Source: Sporopachydermia quercuum | Lineage: Eukaryota | Length of the DNA stretch: 64,000 nucleotides | Direction of reading: 5' to 3' | Assembly (NCBI GenBank): GCA_001599295.1 | Contig: BCGN01000004.1 | Coordinates: 810,138-874,137, forward strand | In this document: piece after piece, positions 1 through 11,400 of the stretch | Position numbering within the stretch: position 1 is the first letter of the stretch | Layout: every line of letters begins with the position of its first letter | Notes under the pieces: generated by a model | What the model saw: the letters and a program-made list of their open reading frames with translations, nothing else | Told to the model about the DNA's origin: nothing | Databases searched by the model: none | Position numbers and translations under genes: made by a program

Positions 1-159
1 TTCTACACGCGCTGTTTGGTGAACAAATCAATTAAATTAAACCTGTTCGTTCAAATATATTTAAATATATCCAGCCGTGATATATGATGTTAATTAAAGA
101 AAAAGGGAATTCTCAAGGGGTTCCCATCCTATTTATAATGCTGGGGATTTTTGCCGAAG

Positions 160-176
160 TGAAAAATTTTCACGTG
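160..176. promoter_or_regulatory. RRPE-like element (TGAAAAATTTT) abutting an E-box (CACGTG), probably the promoter of a gene left of the window
   Basis: TGAAAAATTTT at 160-170 followed directly by CACGTG at 171-176; the target gene is not visible. Confidence 0.4.
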
Positions 177-628
177 AACACTCAAACTGGGTTTAGCTTG
201 GTGGAAATGGCGTGTAGGTATCGAACGTACTATGGCAACTGTATAATGCTTCTTTGTATTAATGAAGGAAGAATAATATGAAGAAAATATATAAAGGAAT
301 ATAATTTACTAATTATTTGAATGACAGGACTGTGAAAATTCCATATTATATTATTGCATGATTGAGAAATCGTTGAGTCATATATGCCTTGTAATAATAT
401 GGAGACAGTAGTACAGTTAATAACTATTTAGGAATGAAGCTGAAGCCGTAGGAATCAAGGTGCAATATGACGGGACATAGTGTCTATGGTTAATTCAGAA
501 TACAATTAGATCACCAATCACTACAAATTCTGATANCAACAACATTTATCAGAATTTGAATGCATCTTTCTTTATCCACAATATATACTTTTCTATTTAT
601 ATAAACCCGTCAGTAAGACGAGATCCAT

Positions 629-2527
629 TTATAATGCTTGCTTTCTTGTCAAGTAATCGAAGCGAGAGTAAGTATAACCAATAAACGGTAAATCTTCCTT
701 ATTAACTTTTCCATCTTTACTTTGAGTATTTTGCTGTTGATGAGCTCTTGCCATTGCTGGAGAATCAGGAACATTTTCCAATTCTTCTGTAGGGAAAAAT
801 CGAGTATCCGTAATAGAAGTCAATTTTGGGATGAAAGGTGCGTCTACTTCTCTTATAGTATCCCAGTCTACTCCACGGAAAAAAGGATGTGATTTAATAT
901 CACTAGCACCACCAACAGCACCCAAACGTCTATCACTAGATGTAAGCAACCTTCGGATCAAATCTTCTGATTCAGGAGATAAATGAATGTCATCAGGGAA
1001 AACTAATGTCTCTTGCCAATTAAGAATTTTTCGATAAGTTTCTGATCGAGTTTCCGAACAAAACGGTGGCCAACCAACAAGACATTCATACATAATAGCA
1101 CCCAGTGACCACCAATCACATTCTTGACCATAACCTTGTTGAATGAAAATTTCAGGCGCAATATAATCTGGTGTACCAACAGTTGAATATGCCATTACTC
1201 TTCTTGACTTTCTCCACGTTTGAAACTGTTGACGATTAGTCATTGTCAAATGGATTGGGTCTACTAACACTGAATTTCTTTGCTTTTCTTGTGGCTCTCG
1301 TTCCAAAAGTTTCTTATAATAATTTGAATCATGGGTCTTGTGAAATCCTGTAGATAAACCAAAATCAGATAATTTAATATGACCTCGAATATCAATAAGA
1401 ATATTGTCGGGTTTAATATCTCTATGAATAAATCCAAGCTTATGGATAGCTTCTATAGCCAAAACACATTCTGCCATATAAAATCTAGTGATATCTTCAG
1501 TAAATGTTTGCCATCTGATCAGCATTGTCATTAAATCCCCACCAGGTAAAAACTCCATGATAAGATATAGGTACTGCGTATCTTGGAAAGAGTAGTATAA
1601 AGAAACAACCCATGGTGAATCCGAACCTGCCAAAACATCTCTTTCAGCTTTAACATGTGCTAATTGATCCTTTTTATACATTTCTGATTTAAGCAAAGTT
1701 TTCATAGCATAAATCTTGCCGGTGTCTTTTTTCTGTACAAGACGAACTTCACCAAAAGCACCTTTTCCAATCACCTTAACCGTTTGGAAATCGTCTAATG
1801 ATAATCGAGTTCTTCTTAAACGCAAAAACTGAGACTCTTTCTTACCCAAGGATTGTAGCTGTCTGTTTTTTCGCTCTTCAGACGATTTCTCATTCATTAG
1901 CCTATGTTCTAGATCTACTCTTCTTTGATTTCTTTCGATTGCATGACTAACACTCTTTTGATAAAAGTTTTCAATACGCAACTTCACCGCTGCAGCTTTC
2001 TCTTGCGCTGTATTTGATAACATATAGGGTCTTCTTTCAAACATGACGTGATCATGTCCTTGAGCCGATAAATTATTATTATTAGCACTGGGAACTATTA
2101 CTTCGTTCTGCTGTGAGAATCCACGGGAAGAGTATTTCTTATCAGAGGCAACTTGTTGTTGAGTATTGTATAAATGACCAGAATAACCACTGACTCCACT
2201 GTTATTAGAATTTACAGGAAATATTCCATTTCTCAGAGAATGCGTAGGCGATGGAGGTGGTTGGAAATGATTATTTGTAATAGGGGAACCATTCATCGGT
2301 TGTTGGACAGGTGATCCGGTTTGAGCTAATGTCGGAGGAGCCATTCCTGAACCATATGCACCAAAATCCATTTGATAAAGCTGTCTTGGAGAAGAGGGTG
2401 CGTTATAAACCTGTTGTGGAGGTGCAATTATAGGTTGATTGTAAAATACATTTTGATGCTGTTGTTGAGGAATTTGTTGCGGCTGGCCCTGCTGTTGATA
2501 GTAAGGGTCTTTACCTGGGGAATACAT
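629..2527 (-). CDS. CBK1: NDR/LATS-family Ser/Thr kinase of the RAM network (Cbk1)
   Basis: Q/N-rich N-terminus, Mob-binding region ([14 protein letters not shown]), [34 protein letters not shown] and C-terminal FIGYTY. The first ATG is at 2527; the ORF track starts at an upstream TTG. Confidence 0.95.
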   Translation of the reverse strand: MYSPGKDPYYQQQGQPQQIPQQQHQNVFYNQPIIAPPQQVYNAPSSPRQLYQMDFGAYGSGMAPPTLAQTGSPVQQPMNGSPITNNHFQPPPSPTHSLRNGIFPVNSNNSGVSGYSGHLYNTQQQVASDKKYSSRGFSQQNEVIVPSANNNNLSAQGHDHVMFERRPYMLSNTAQEKAAAVKLRIENFYQKSVSHAIERNQRRVDLEHRLMNEKSSEERKNRQLQSLGKKESQFLRLRRTRLSLDDFQTVKVIGKGAFGEVRLVQKKDTGKIYAMKTLLKSEMYKKDQLAHVKAERDVLAGSDSPWVVSLYYSFQDTQYLYLIMEFLPGGDLMTMLIRWQTFTEDITRFYMAECVLAIEAIHKLGFIHRDIKPDNILIDIRGHIKLSDFGLSTGFHKTHDSNYYKKLLEREPQEKQRNSVLVDPIHLTMTNRQQFQTWRKSRRVMAYSTVGTPDYIAPEIFIQQGYGQECDWWSLGAIMYECLVGWPPFCSETRSETYRKILNWQETLVFPDDIHLSPESEDLIRRLLTSSDRRLGAVGGASDIKSHPFFRGVDWDTIREVDAPFIPKLTSITDTRFFPTEELENVPDSPAMARAHQQQNTQSKDGKVNKEDLPFIGYTYSRFDYLTRKQAL

Positions 2528-3782
2528 CTTGATTGACCCGCAATTTAAAATATATCCTTTATTCAGAGCCAAGCGTTGAGAACGTACTCCAGCTGAAATA
2601 TGATTTATCAGTCAATCGATCAAAAACCGGCAAAAAGAAGACGTCAAAAATACCGTGTGCCGCTAAGCTATCAGACTTTCAACTTTGCAAAAGAGTAATG
2701 ATTATTATTTGATGGATTGACAAGTAAATAAAAGAAACTTCACTGAGTTTTTCTTTTACACGCAGATTCTTTCGGATCAATTGTATAATAGCTCGTAAAT
2801 GCTCTACAAGCTACTATTAACCAGGATATATCTAATTGTATAAACAGAGCCTGAATACCGATCAATCGCCTTAACTAAAAAGAGCTAACAATCGATATTG
2901 AGCCTTTTGAATTGTACTCCCTAGTTGAGTGCCTGTTGAATATAAGTTTGTAGAGTATGATTGGCTGNTGAGTAAACATAGTAGGGTCGATTGATCCGAC
3001 TTGAGTACAAGAAATAATCAATCACCAACTGTTCCTACCTTTTTGAGGGAAACATGCCAAACAGTGTGTACGCGTCCAAATTCGGGTACAGAAGTGTTCT
3101 GTACACTCTAGAAATGCTCACAACATCATGAAATCTTACGGACAGGATATACAAATCTGAGAGACGAGTTTGTCAGGCATTTTTCTGACACTGATATGGG
3201 GTTTGTCATGAGTTTGGCAAGGAAAAGAAAAATGGAATGGAATGAGATGCGATGATGCAATACATGAAAAGAAACAAGGAGATAGATCTGATAATGAAAG
3301 AGGGAGTATGATCTTACTCATGAGGGTATTAGTTTCTCTGGAATGGATACCAAATGATGGGAGAAAAGTACTGCCGTTGCAGCTTCACTTTCAAAAGTTA
3401 GTTCGCCATTGTTGCTACAGGATCGGACAGCGTACGTCGTTCGAAAGAATTGTACATTGGTCTGCGACTCATTAAAGTTTCATAATGTTTCATTCCTCTC
3501 TAACCGATATAAAACGTTTGCGATTAATCAATAACATAGTTCGAAACTAGGTCATGTTTCAGATATTGATTATACTGTTATTTAGGGAGAGTGAATTGTT
3601 TTGCCTGTAAAATACTAACTCACCATTTACATAAGCTTGCCGGCAATCAAATACTCCGATATTTAGCAATGCAAGCTTCAATTTGAAGCCATGTTTTCAG
3701 CAAAATCATAAGCGGGCCTACAAAATATAATAAATTATATTGTTTTATTTGTATGATAATCATGTAAATAAACAAAATACAA

Positions 3783-4595
3783 TCAGAACTGTAAAGCTTG
3801 ACCCTTTTGTTTCTTGTCACCACCGAGTTCGAAATGCTTGCATCTCTTCAAGGTAACTTGAGCCTTGGCCTTGCAAACAACACATTCAAGACGTAAAACA
3901 ACCTTCTTAGTTGTCTTAGCCTTCTTGTGGAAAATTTGCTTAGTTTGACCACCGTAACCACTTTGCTTACGGTCGTAACGTCTCTTACCTTGAGCAACAA
4001 GGGAGGCTTTACCGGCCTGCATATTCAGTTAGTATCACGTTCATAGATCTTAATTCTTTTCTAAAAGTCATTAACATACCTTGTACTGGGTAACCTTATG
4101 TTGAGTGTGCTTTCTGCATTGCTTGGAAGCGCAGTAGGTTCTTCTGGTCTTAGGAACGTTAACTATTAAATGTTAGTGATAAGTTCAAAGAGTTACAGTT
4201 CCGTTTCTGGTGATGAATAACAGACATGGTTGACATTGTATGTTCTTTTGTTCTTAGTAATATCTCAGAAATAAACCTATCGTAGAGCACATTATAGAGC
4301 ACATTATGAAGCACACAGTTGATCGTTCTGAGTTTGCTCGGTCGCATCATCCGTTGTCATCAATAACAATTTCATCTCTTGAAACCTCTAGATCTACTTC
4401 CAAGAAAAAGCGTTGCTGTCTTTTATTTCTGTTTAATGGCTTCTCTCCCTCATATCTCATATAACACAATTCATTATCGTTATTGCTTGTCGAATTGATT
4501 GGTTCCTTTATCTTCAATGAAACATTTCGTTTGAACAATACAATCCTTCCTCCGCCTTTCAATTTATGGCAATTATAGCATATGAACGTACCCAT
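3783..4595 (-). CDS. RPL42: 60S ribosomal protein eL42 (L42/L44/L41), 3 exons: 4595-4592, 4162-4080, 4016-3783; 106 aa
   Basis: Spliced product [35 protein letters not shown]...QALQF. Intron 1 is GTACGT..CACTAAC..TAG (4591-4163); intron 2 is GTATGT..TACTAAC..CAG (4079-4017). Phases are consistent. Confidence 0.96.
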
Positions 4596-4943
4596 TGTGA
4601 CTNATTTCCGATGATATTTCCGTTACTTTTAAATGATTGAAAACCACAGATATATAATAGTAACAATCCTCTGTATTCATTTNATATACTAGCAGCGTAT
4701 ATACCAAATCCTTACTGTTGGTGATATTTCCATCACCTTACTAAACAGAGGTGATACAGACAGGTTGGACAGCTTCCCCTCTGGGTTAAAGGTAAGTTGC
4801 GTGAGTTTGTTTTCTACTCTCTTAACATAAGTAAATAACAGCACGGGTAATATCAGAACCACGCATTAACTCAAACGAGAATCAGAGCAACCCTTTAAAA
4901 CATAACGTGACTAAATCCANCACCAGATTATGTTGAACGGCAG

Positions 4944-4961
4944 TTAGGGTTTTATCCCCAA
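4944..4961. promoter_or_regulatory. Tbf1-type palindromic element upstream of RPL42
   Basis: TTAGGG-TTTTAT-CCCCAA is one mismatch from TTAGGG-N6-CCCTAA, ~350 bp upstream of the RPL42 ATG. A near-Cbf1 site AACGTGAC lies at 4904-4911. Confidence 0.55.
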
Positions 4962-6277
4962 ATAAGGACAACTGACGCATTAGATATGGTCTTCTGAGTT
5001 TGATTGATACTCGATCAACGATTAGGGGTTTGTTCATAGGTGAACACAACGATTGTCGACAGGAGAGACTCAATGTGATTATATCTCCTGAAAATATAGC
5101 AGACGATAAAGTTCAGATTATTTGTGTGTTCCGAAATACTCGTCCATGTTTGCGTTCAAGGTGGATCATTTCTCTACAAACGACGTTTTCATCAAATCAA
5201 GGATTAATGTTTTATAGAGCTTAGTACGAAGCCTGCAAATTAAACATCACTATTTCTTGCTATTTCAGTCTTAGGTATTTACGAGACATCTTGTTTCTTC
5301 TCCTTGTCCTTCTTCCTTAGTTCTCTTCCCAATAGATGTCATCGTTGCATAACTCGTCCTCTCTTGTCCTCCTTGTCAGGATGAGTATTGATCCTCCAGG
5401 TTTGGCAATTTCTACCAACTATCGTCGACAGAACGTATAATACTATAACTTATTATACAGTTTGTACTACATTCTGAAGACAAGGGTTTAATTAACATTC
5501 CTCTCATAATCATAAAATCACAGAATTCCCATATTTTTCAATCTACAAGTATATCTCCTTTTCACAGCTTCTACCACAAGAAGGCTACTAGGATCAAGGA
5601 GAATTTTATACTTTTTAAACAGCATGGAACAATACCAACTATATAGCACCATCTGTCTTTTCAAACAAATATAAGTTCCCATTCTCCATCTCTGCCATCT
5701 CTTTCTTTCTTTTTTATATCTCTCTTTATCTTTATCTTGCTTTCTCTCTAACTTACTGCTCATCTATCTAATCAAGTAAACGTTGTCCTAAATAGGGTAA
5801 AGCCAGAAAAAAGTGAAATTTTGTTCGAACTTCAAAACTGACATTGGAACCAGAACAAAATATAGCATTTCTGTCCTACTTGCAGTAGTTATCGTCATGA
5901 TCATCTTCACGGTTTGCGATTTGTATCTCTTTGCTTACCACTTTTCATTATTTATCTATTTATACATCTATTTATAATCATAATCCAAAGGTCTTTAGTT
6001 GCAATTATCTATACTTGAAAAGTTGGATTAGATTTTTGTTCATACAACGTGACAAAGGAGAAGAGGCACCCCTTCCTTTCTCAGCAGTTATTTGATTTGA
6101 TTTGATTCATTGCCATTTTTCAGCGTCCATGGTTTTAACAAGTTGCTATATATATTCAGGTGATTGTTTTTGTTATATGTATTCTTTGCATTATACTGAA
6201 GAGTAATATTTTTAGCATTATTTTGTTTTTTCAACAAACGTTCTCATATTAGTCAACTCAACACAAAACAGTTAATA

Positions 6278-7834
6278 ATGACAACAGGTACAACAACATC
6301 TGATGTTGTTGCTGAGAGCAATAGAGATCCTGTGAAAGCTTTGGAATTCAAAGACGAAGGAAACTCAGCATTTAAACTAAACGATTTTGAAAAAGCTATT
6401 GAATTATACACCAAAGCTATTGTCAATGATGACAGCAACGAAGTGTTCTATTCTAATAGAGCTCAAGCTTACATCAAAACTGAATGTTATGGATTAGCTA
6501 TAGCTGATGCTACGAAAGCTATTGAGTTAAAACCTTCATTTGCCAAAGCTTACTATAGACGTGCAACTGCTGAGAATGCGATTTTCAAGCATAAAGAAGC
6601 TTTGAAAGATTTACGAATAGTGTTGAAATCAAATCCTAAAGATAAAGCCGCTAAATCATTCTATGACGATTGCTCAAAAATCGTGCGAAAACTTCAATTT
6701 GAAGCTGCAATTGCTACAGAAGACGCTGAAGATGTATTGTCCTCTTTTGATTTAAATACAATTTCCTTGGAAGCAAATTATGATGGTTTTCCACTAGAGA
6801 TTAATTTGNTATCAAACAATGACTCTGACAACTCAACTGATTCTACATTAAATAAGAAACAACCACCAATATATGATGTGAAAATGACAGCTGAATTCAT
6901 AACAGATATGATTCAGAGGTTTAAAGATGGTAAACGTATAGCTAAGCGTTATGCATATGCTATAGTTGTTGCATGTTTACAACAGTTCAGGAAAGATTCC
7001 TCTTTAGTTGAAATTGACCTCGAGTCATATCCTGAAGATACTAAATTAACAGTATGTGGCGATACTCATGGCCAGTTCTATGACGTTCTTAATCTGTTTT
7101 CTAAAAATGGTTTGCCAAGTGAGTCGAATATGTATCTATTCAATGGGGATTTTGTTGATCGAGGTTCATGGTCAACAGAGGTAGCTTTAGTTCTTTACTC
7201 ATATAAACTACTGTACCCTGACGGCTTTTTCCTTAACAGAGGCAATCATGAAACTGATTATATGAATAAAGTATATGGATTTGAAGGAGAATGCAATCAT
7301 AAATACACAGAGAAGTTATTCACATTTTTCTCACAATCTTTTGCTGCTTTGCCATTGGCTTCACTTATTGGATCATCATATTTAGTAATGCATGGAGGAT
7401 TGTTCTCTGACGATAACGTTACATTGGATGATATCAGAGCTATCAAACGATTACAGGTTAATGCATCAACCGAGAAAGAAGGAATCATGACTGAACTGTT
7501 GTGGGCTGATCCTCAGAAACCAAATGGTAGAGCCCCTAATAATCGTGGTATTGGTATTCAATTTGGTCCTGATGTTACGAAGAATTTCTGTGATAGGAAT
7601 GGTCTGAAAGCTATTATTAGATCGCACGAGGTAAGAATGGGAGGTTATGAAGTCGAGCATGATGGAAGATTGATTACCGTGTTTTCCGCTCCTAATTATT
7701 GTGATGTTCAAAAAAATCTTGGTGCTTATATTGTATTTGATAAGAAATACGAGCCAGAATTCCATACATATGAAGCTGTTGAGCATCCTGATATCCCACC
7801 AATGGCGTACGCAGGAAAATTTGGAGGATTGTAA
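6278..7834 (+). CDS. PPT1: TPR-containing protein phosphatase 5 (Ppt1)
   Basis: Three N-terminal TPR repeats followed by PPP motifs GDTHGQ, GDFVDRG, RGNHE, RSHE and FSAPNYC. Confidence 0.95.
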   Translation: MTTGTTTSDVVAESNRDPVKALEFKDEGNSAFKLNDFEKAIELYTKAIVNDDSNEVFYSNRAQAYIKTECYGLAIADATKAIELKPSFAKAYYRRATAENAIFKHKEALKDLRIVLKSNPKDKAAKSFYDDCSKIVRKLQFEAAIATEDAEDVLSSFDLNTISLEANYDGFPLEINLXSNNDSDNSTDSTLNKKQPPIYDVKMTAEFITDMIQRFKDGKRIAKRYAYAIVVACLQQFRKDSSLVEIDLESYPEDTKLTVCGDTHGQFYDVLNLFSKNGLPSESNMYLFNGDFVDRGSWSTEVALVLYSYKLLYPDGFFLNRGNHETDYMNKVYGFEGECNHKYTEKLFTFFSQSFAALPLASLIGSSYLVMHGGLFSDDNVTLDDIRAIKRLQVNASTEKEGIMTELLWADPQKPNGRAPNNRGIGIQFGPDVTKNFCDRNGLKAIIRSHEVRMGGYEVEHDGRLITVFSAPNYCDVQKNLGAYIVFDKKYEPEFHTYEAVEHPDIPPMAYAGKFGGL

Positions 7835-8406
7835 ATGAAATGAAACAAAATAAACTTGAACATGTCAGAACGAAAAAAATCATGACAGAGTGATATAAAC
7901 CAAAATATTCACATAATGTGATGTATACTTTCCGAAAGATTATGTATATAGTTAACATGATACTTTACTACAGTCGTTTTGATACCAATATGAAGAGAGT
8001 AGAGAACAGAGTACAGTTTTACGAGCGATCTAGTAACCTAGTAAAGTGAATTTTACTTTTTTAGCAAAAGAGATTGGAAAAGCTGCAAATAATTATCTCG
8101 GTCTGCAGATCAAAAATCGAATACCAACAATGCTAAGCATATAAAAATCATATGGCGACCAAAGAATATAATACACTAGATGAATTTAAACGAGCTATAA
8201 CTTTTGAGTTACCAAATGATTAGTATGAAATATCATCTACTATCTATTACTGAAAACACGTTCTATCATAAAGTTATTTGCAAAATTAGCTGGTTTGAAA
8301 ATAAATGTGAAACATATAATTTCTATATACCAGCTTGAATTTACTATATAATTATCTTTCTTTTAGTTGGATGCTATATACATTATCATACACATTACTG
8401 TAGATA

Positions 8407-11400
8407 TCATAAAACAATTATATCCTTTTCTAGTTCATCAATCTNATCATGGAAATACTCTATCAGTTTCCTTCTTTCAATCAATATCTACTCCTTTTCT
8501 ACTTCAGGTTTGGCTGAAGAATTGGAAAATAATGGAATGCCCAATTTTTTTAACCGGAAATGAGTTTGATTAACCAATTCAACAACCATATTTCATAGTT
8601 TTAAGACATATTTTGCTTTCTCATCTTCAATTCGCAATAGTTCCCTCTCAATTTCTGATTCTATTTCAACTTCAACTTTGGTTTTCTTATGGCCACCGTT
8701 ATCTTCTTTATCTTTGTCACTCTTGTTTATTTTATTGGCGATCAAATCACTATTGTTATCTTGTCCTTCACCAGCTTTAGTCCCGACGTTATCATTATCA
8801 ATACCAACATTAACATTATCCTTTGCATCCTCATCATCACTATCAAGATTAATAGCTTCTGTTTTCCTTCATTGACTTTCTGCAATAATTTTAATGCTTC
8901 TGCAATTCTTCTTTTATCTTCAACTTTCTGATTTAGACTCTCAACAAACGTCTTGTACTCAATAAATTTAAACCATTTTTTTTCTTGGAACTGTTGACGA
9001 TTAATCAAACGTTTGCGAGTTGTAAATAACTCTGGTTCTTTCTTTATAAGTCTTTCTTCAATATAATCAACAGCNTCTTCGAAAGTTTTTATGCTTTTAA
9101 CATCTTTATTCATTTCTGCATGATGATGAATATTTCCAACTATGTTGGATATACTAATACCTTCATTTTCTTGAATGATAATGGAATCATCAGCTGACTT
9201 ACCTGTTGAACCCCAGTTCCTAATACTATGAAGTTTGGGCTTGGTTTCTAAATTAATGACTCTAGGACTATTCTCCATTTCTTCAGATTGAGCCCATGGT
9301 ATAGGTTTCATTGATTTAACCTGATGAATATCGTCTAGCTAAGTATTATTGTCAATTATAGGGTCATCATTGTAATTGTCACTCTCATAATCTAAAGCTC
9401 GGTCAGGATTATGATCTTCGTCATCACCCCAACAAGAGGATTGTGGAATAGGTTGATATTCAGTTGAACGTGCAGGCCTTCTTTTATAGGATTTGAGTAT
9501 ACCTGGCGTTTCCTTTTCAATGTCACTTTCATTATCAATGTCATTATCAATGTTCCTTTTACGACAAGACCTCTTTCTTATCAGTCAGCATTGTCTTTAC
9601 TAAGTTCCTCATCATAATCATTATTACCATCGTCATTCTCATCATCATTCTGATCGTCATCATCTCTTTCAATATCAGACTCATTTTCATTATTATCAGA
9701 GTCATAGATTCTATGATTAGCGTCATCAAATCGTCCATCTAAATAATCATTTGGATCATTGGCCTCATCTTGATAGATATTACGCACTGATTCTAACGCT
9801 TTACTTTTGGTACTTCTAGGGCTGAGTTTACTTAACCGGGTGTCATCATCAACATCATTCGGGATGGTAATGGCATTACTATTATTGGGGTTGAGTTTGT
9901 TGTTATTGGTTCTTGTTGCATTGCCTTCAGTATTGTCTTCGTTGAAATCATTTGCTGCGTCAACTTGCTGTAGAAGGGCGATTCTTTCTTCAATATTCTC
10001 ATTCTCGTCATAATAAAGACTCCAAAGATCACCACCATTAGTTTTAGTTTGATCTTGCTTATTGAAATTACTGCTACTATCATTAAGATTGCTATCATAA
10101 TTATTGCTCTTAGCCCCACAATCCCTATCTTCATTGGCCCAGCCTTCATTATCATCATTAACCCATTCGCTATTGTTAGATGGATAATGACCTGTGTTTG
10201 TATGATCATCAGAATACTGACTTCTGCTATTATTACCATCATCACCACCATCATTATCTATTGACCATACATCATCAGCAGTTTGATTTTTATCATATCC
10301 ATCACTTTCATTCTGCTGATTGCCTCCCCTTCCCATTTCCCTTTCTCGGTCTCTTTCTGCTTCTTTATCAAACTCAGTACTCCATAAATCATCTCTACTT
10401 GCTGTTTCCGTTTCTCCTCCGTCATAATCAACAATCCAAAGATCACTTTCTTCAGGTATGACTAACTTCGAAGAATCGAATCCCTCAACAGCCAATTCAA
10501 TCTTGTCATTTAACTTCACAGTTGACGATCTATCCTTTGCTCTATCTCTTCTATTGTTCTTGTGATTTTGTTTTTCCTTTTCAATCATTTGATTAAGCTC
10601 TTCAAACTTGCTTTGATAGGAAGCTTTTTTTTTTCCATTTTTTGACGTGCTTCTGAATGTATTTCTATCATTTGGAGTAGAAGTCGTAGTAGGTATTTCT
10701 CTGAATCCTTCATGATCAGATTTTCCTCCTAATTGTGACCCATATAGACCTGTTGAATCTTTTGGAGCAGCGCCAAAATGTTCAGATTTTCTACCTGATG
10801 ATGAGCCAATGTGTTCAGACCTTCTTCTAGAGATCGAGCCACTATAGCTCGAAAATCTACGAGAACTCGTATCCCCATAGTCAGATCTCCTGCCCGAGAT
10901 ATTTTCGCTACCATATTCTGATTTCTTGTCCGAAAAGTTCGCCCCATAACTCGAAAATCTTCGACCAGGAGTAGCTCCACCATAGTCAGATCTTCTTCCT
11001 CCATAGTTGTATTTTCTGCCAGCAGGAGAAGATTTCCTGTTATCAATACTTTTATTTCTGTTATTTGCGACTGAATGATAGGAAAAGTCAGAAGCTGTTG
11101 GTTTAGTAGAGTTTGTTGGTGCGTTTGAATACATATCAGTATATGAATCTTGAAGGGAATCGTTAACGATATAATACTTACTCCAATACTTAGTATTACT
11201 ACTATGGCACCCGTGGTAATATTCGTCAGTAGGTTTGTCAAAAGCTCATTTATTGTCTCTCTGATGGAACTTGTCAGAGTATTTGACCGCGTATTTGACA
11301 TATTTCCTTGAACGCCTATCGAAATACCTTTCAGAGTACTTTCCGGAGTTTCACCTGACGTCTTTATCAAAATATATATCAGAATATCTATCATTTGACC

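Noticed and set aside
5280..5770. Pyrimidine-rich stretch with a possible hairpin and the 81-aa ORF 5518-5763
   Set aside because: Low-complexity intergenic sequence with no motif support for a protein or RNA gene.
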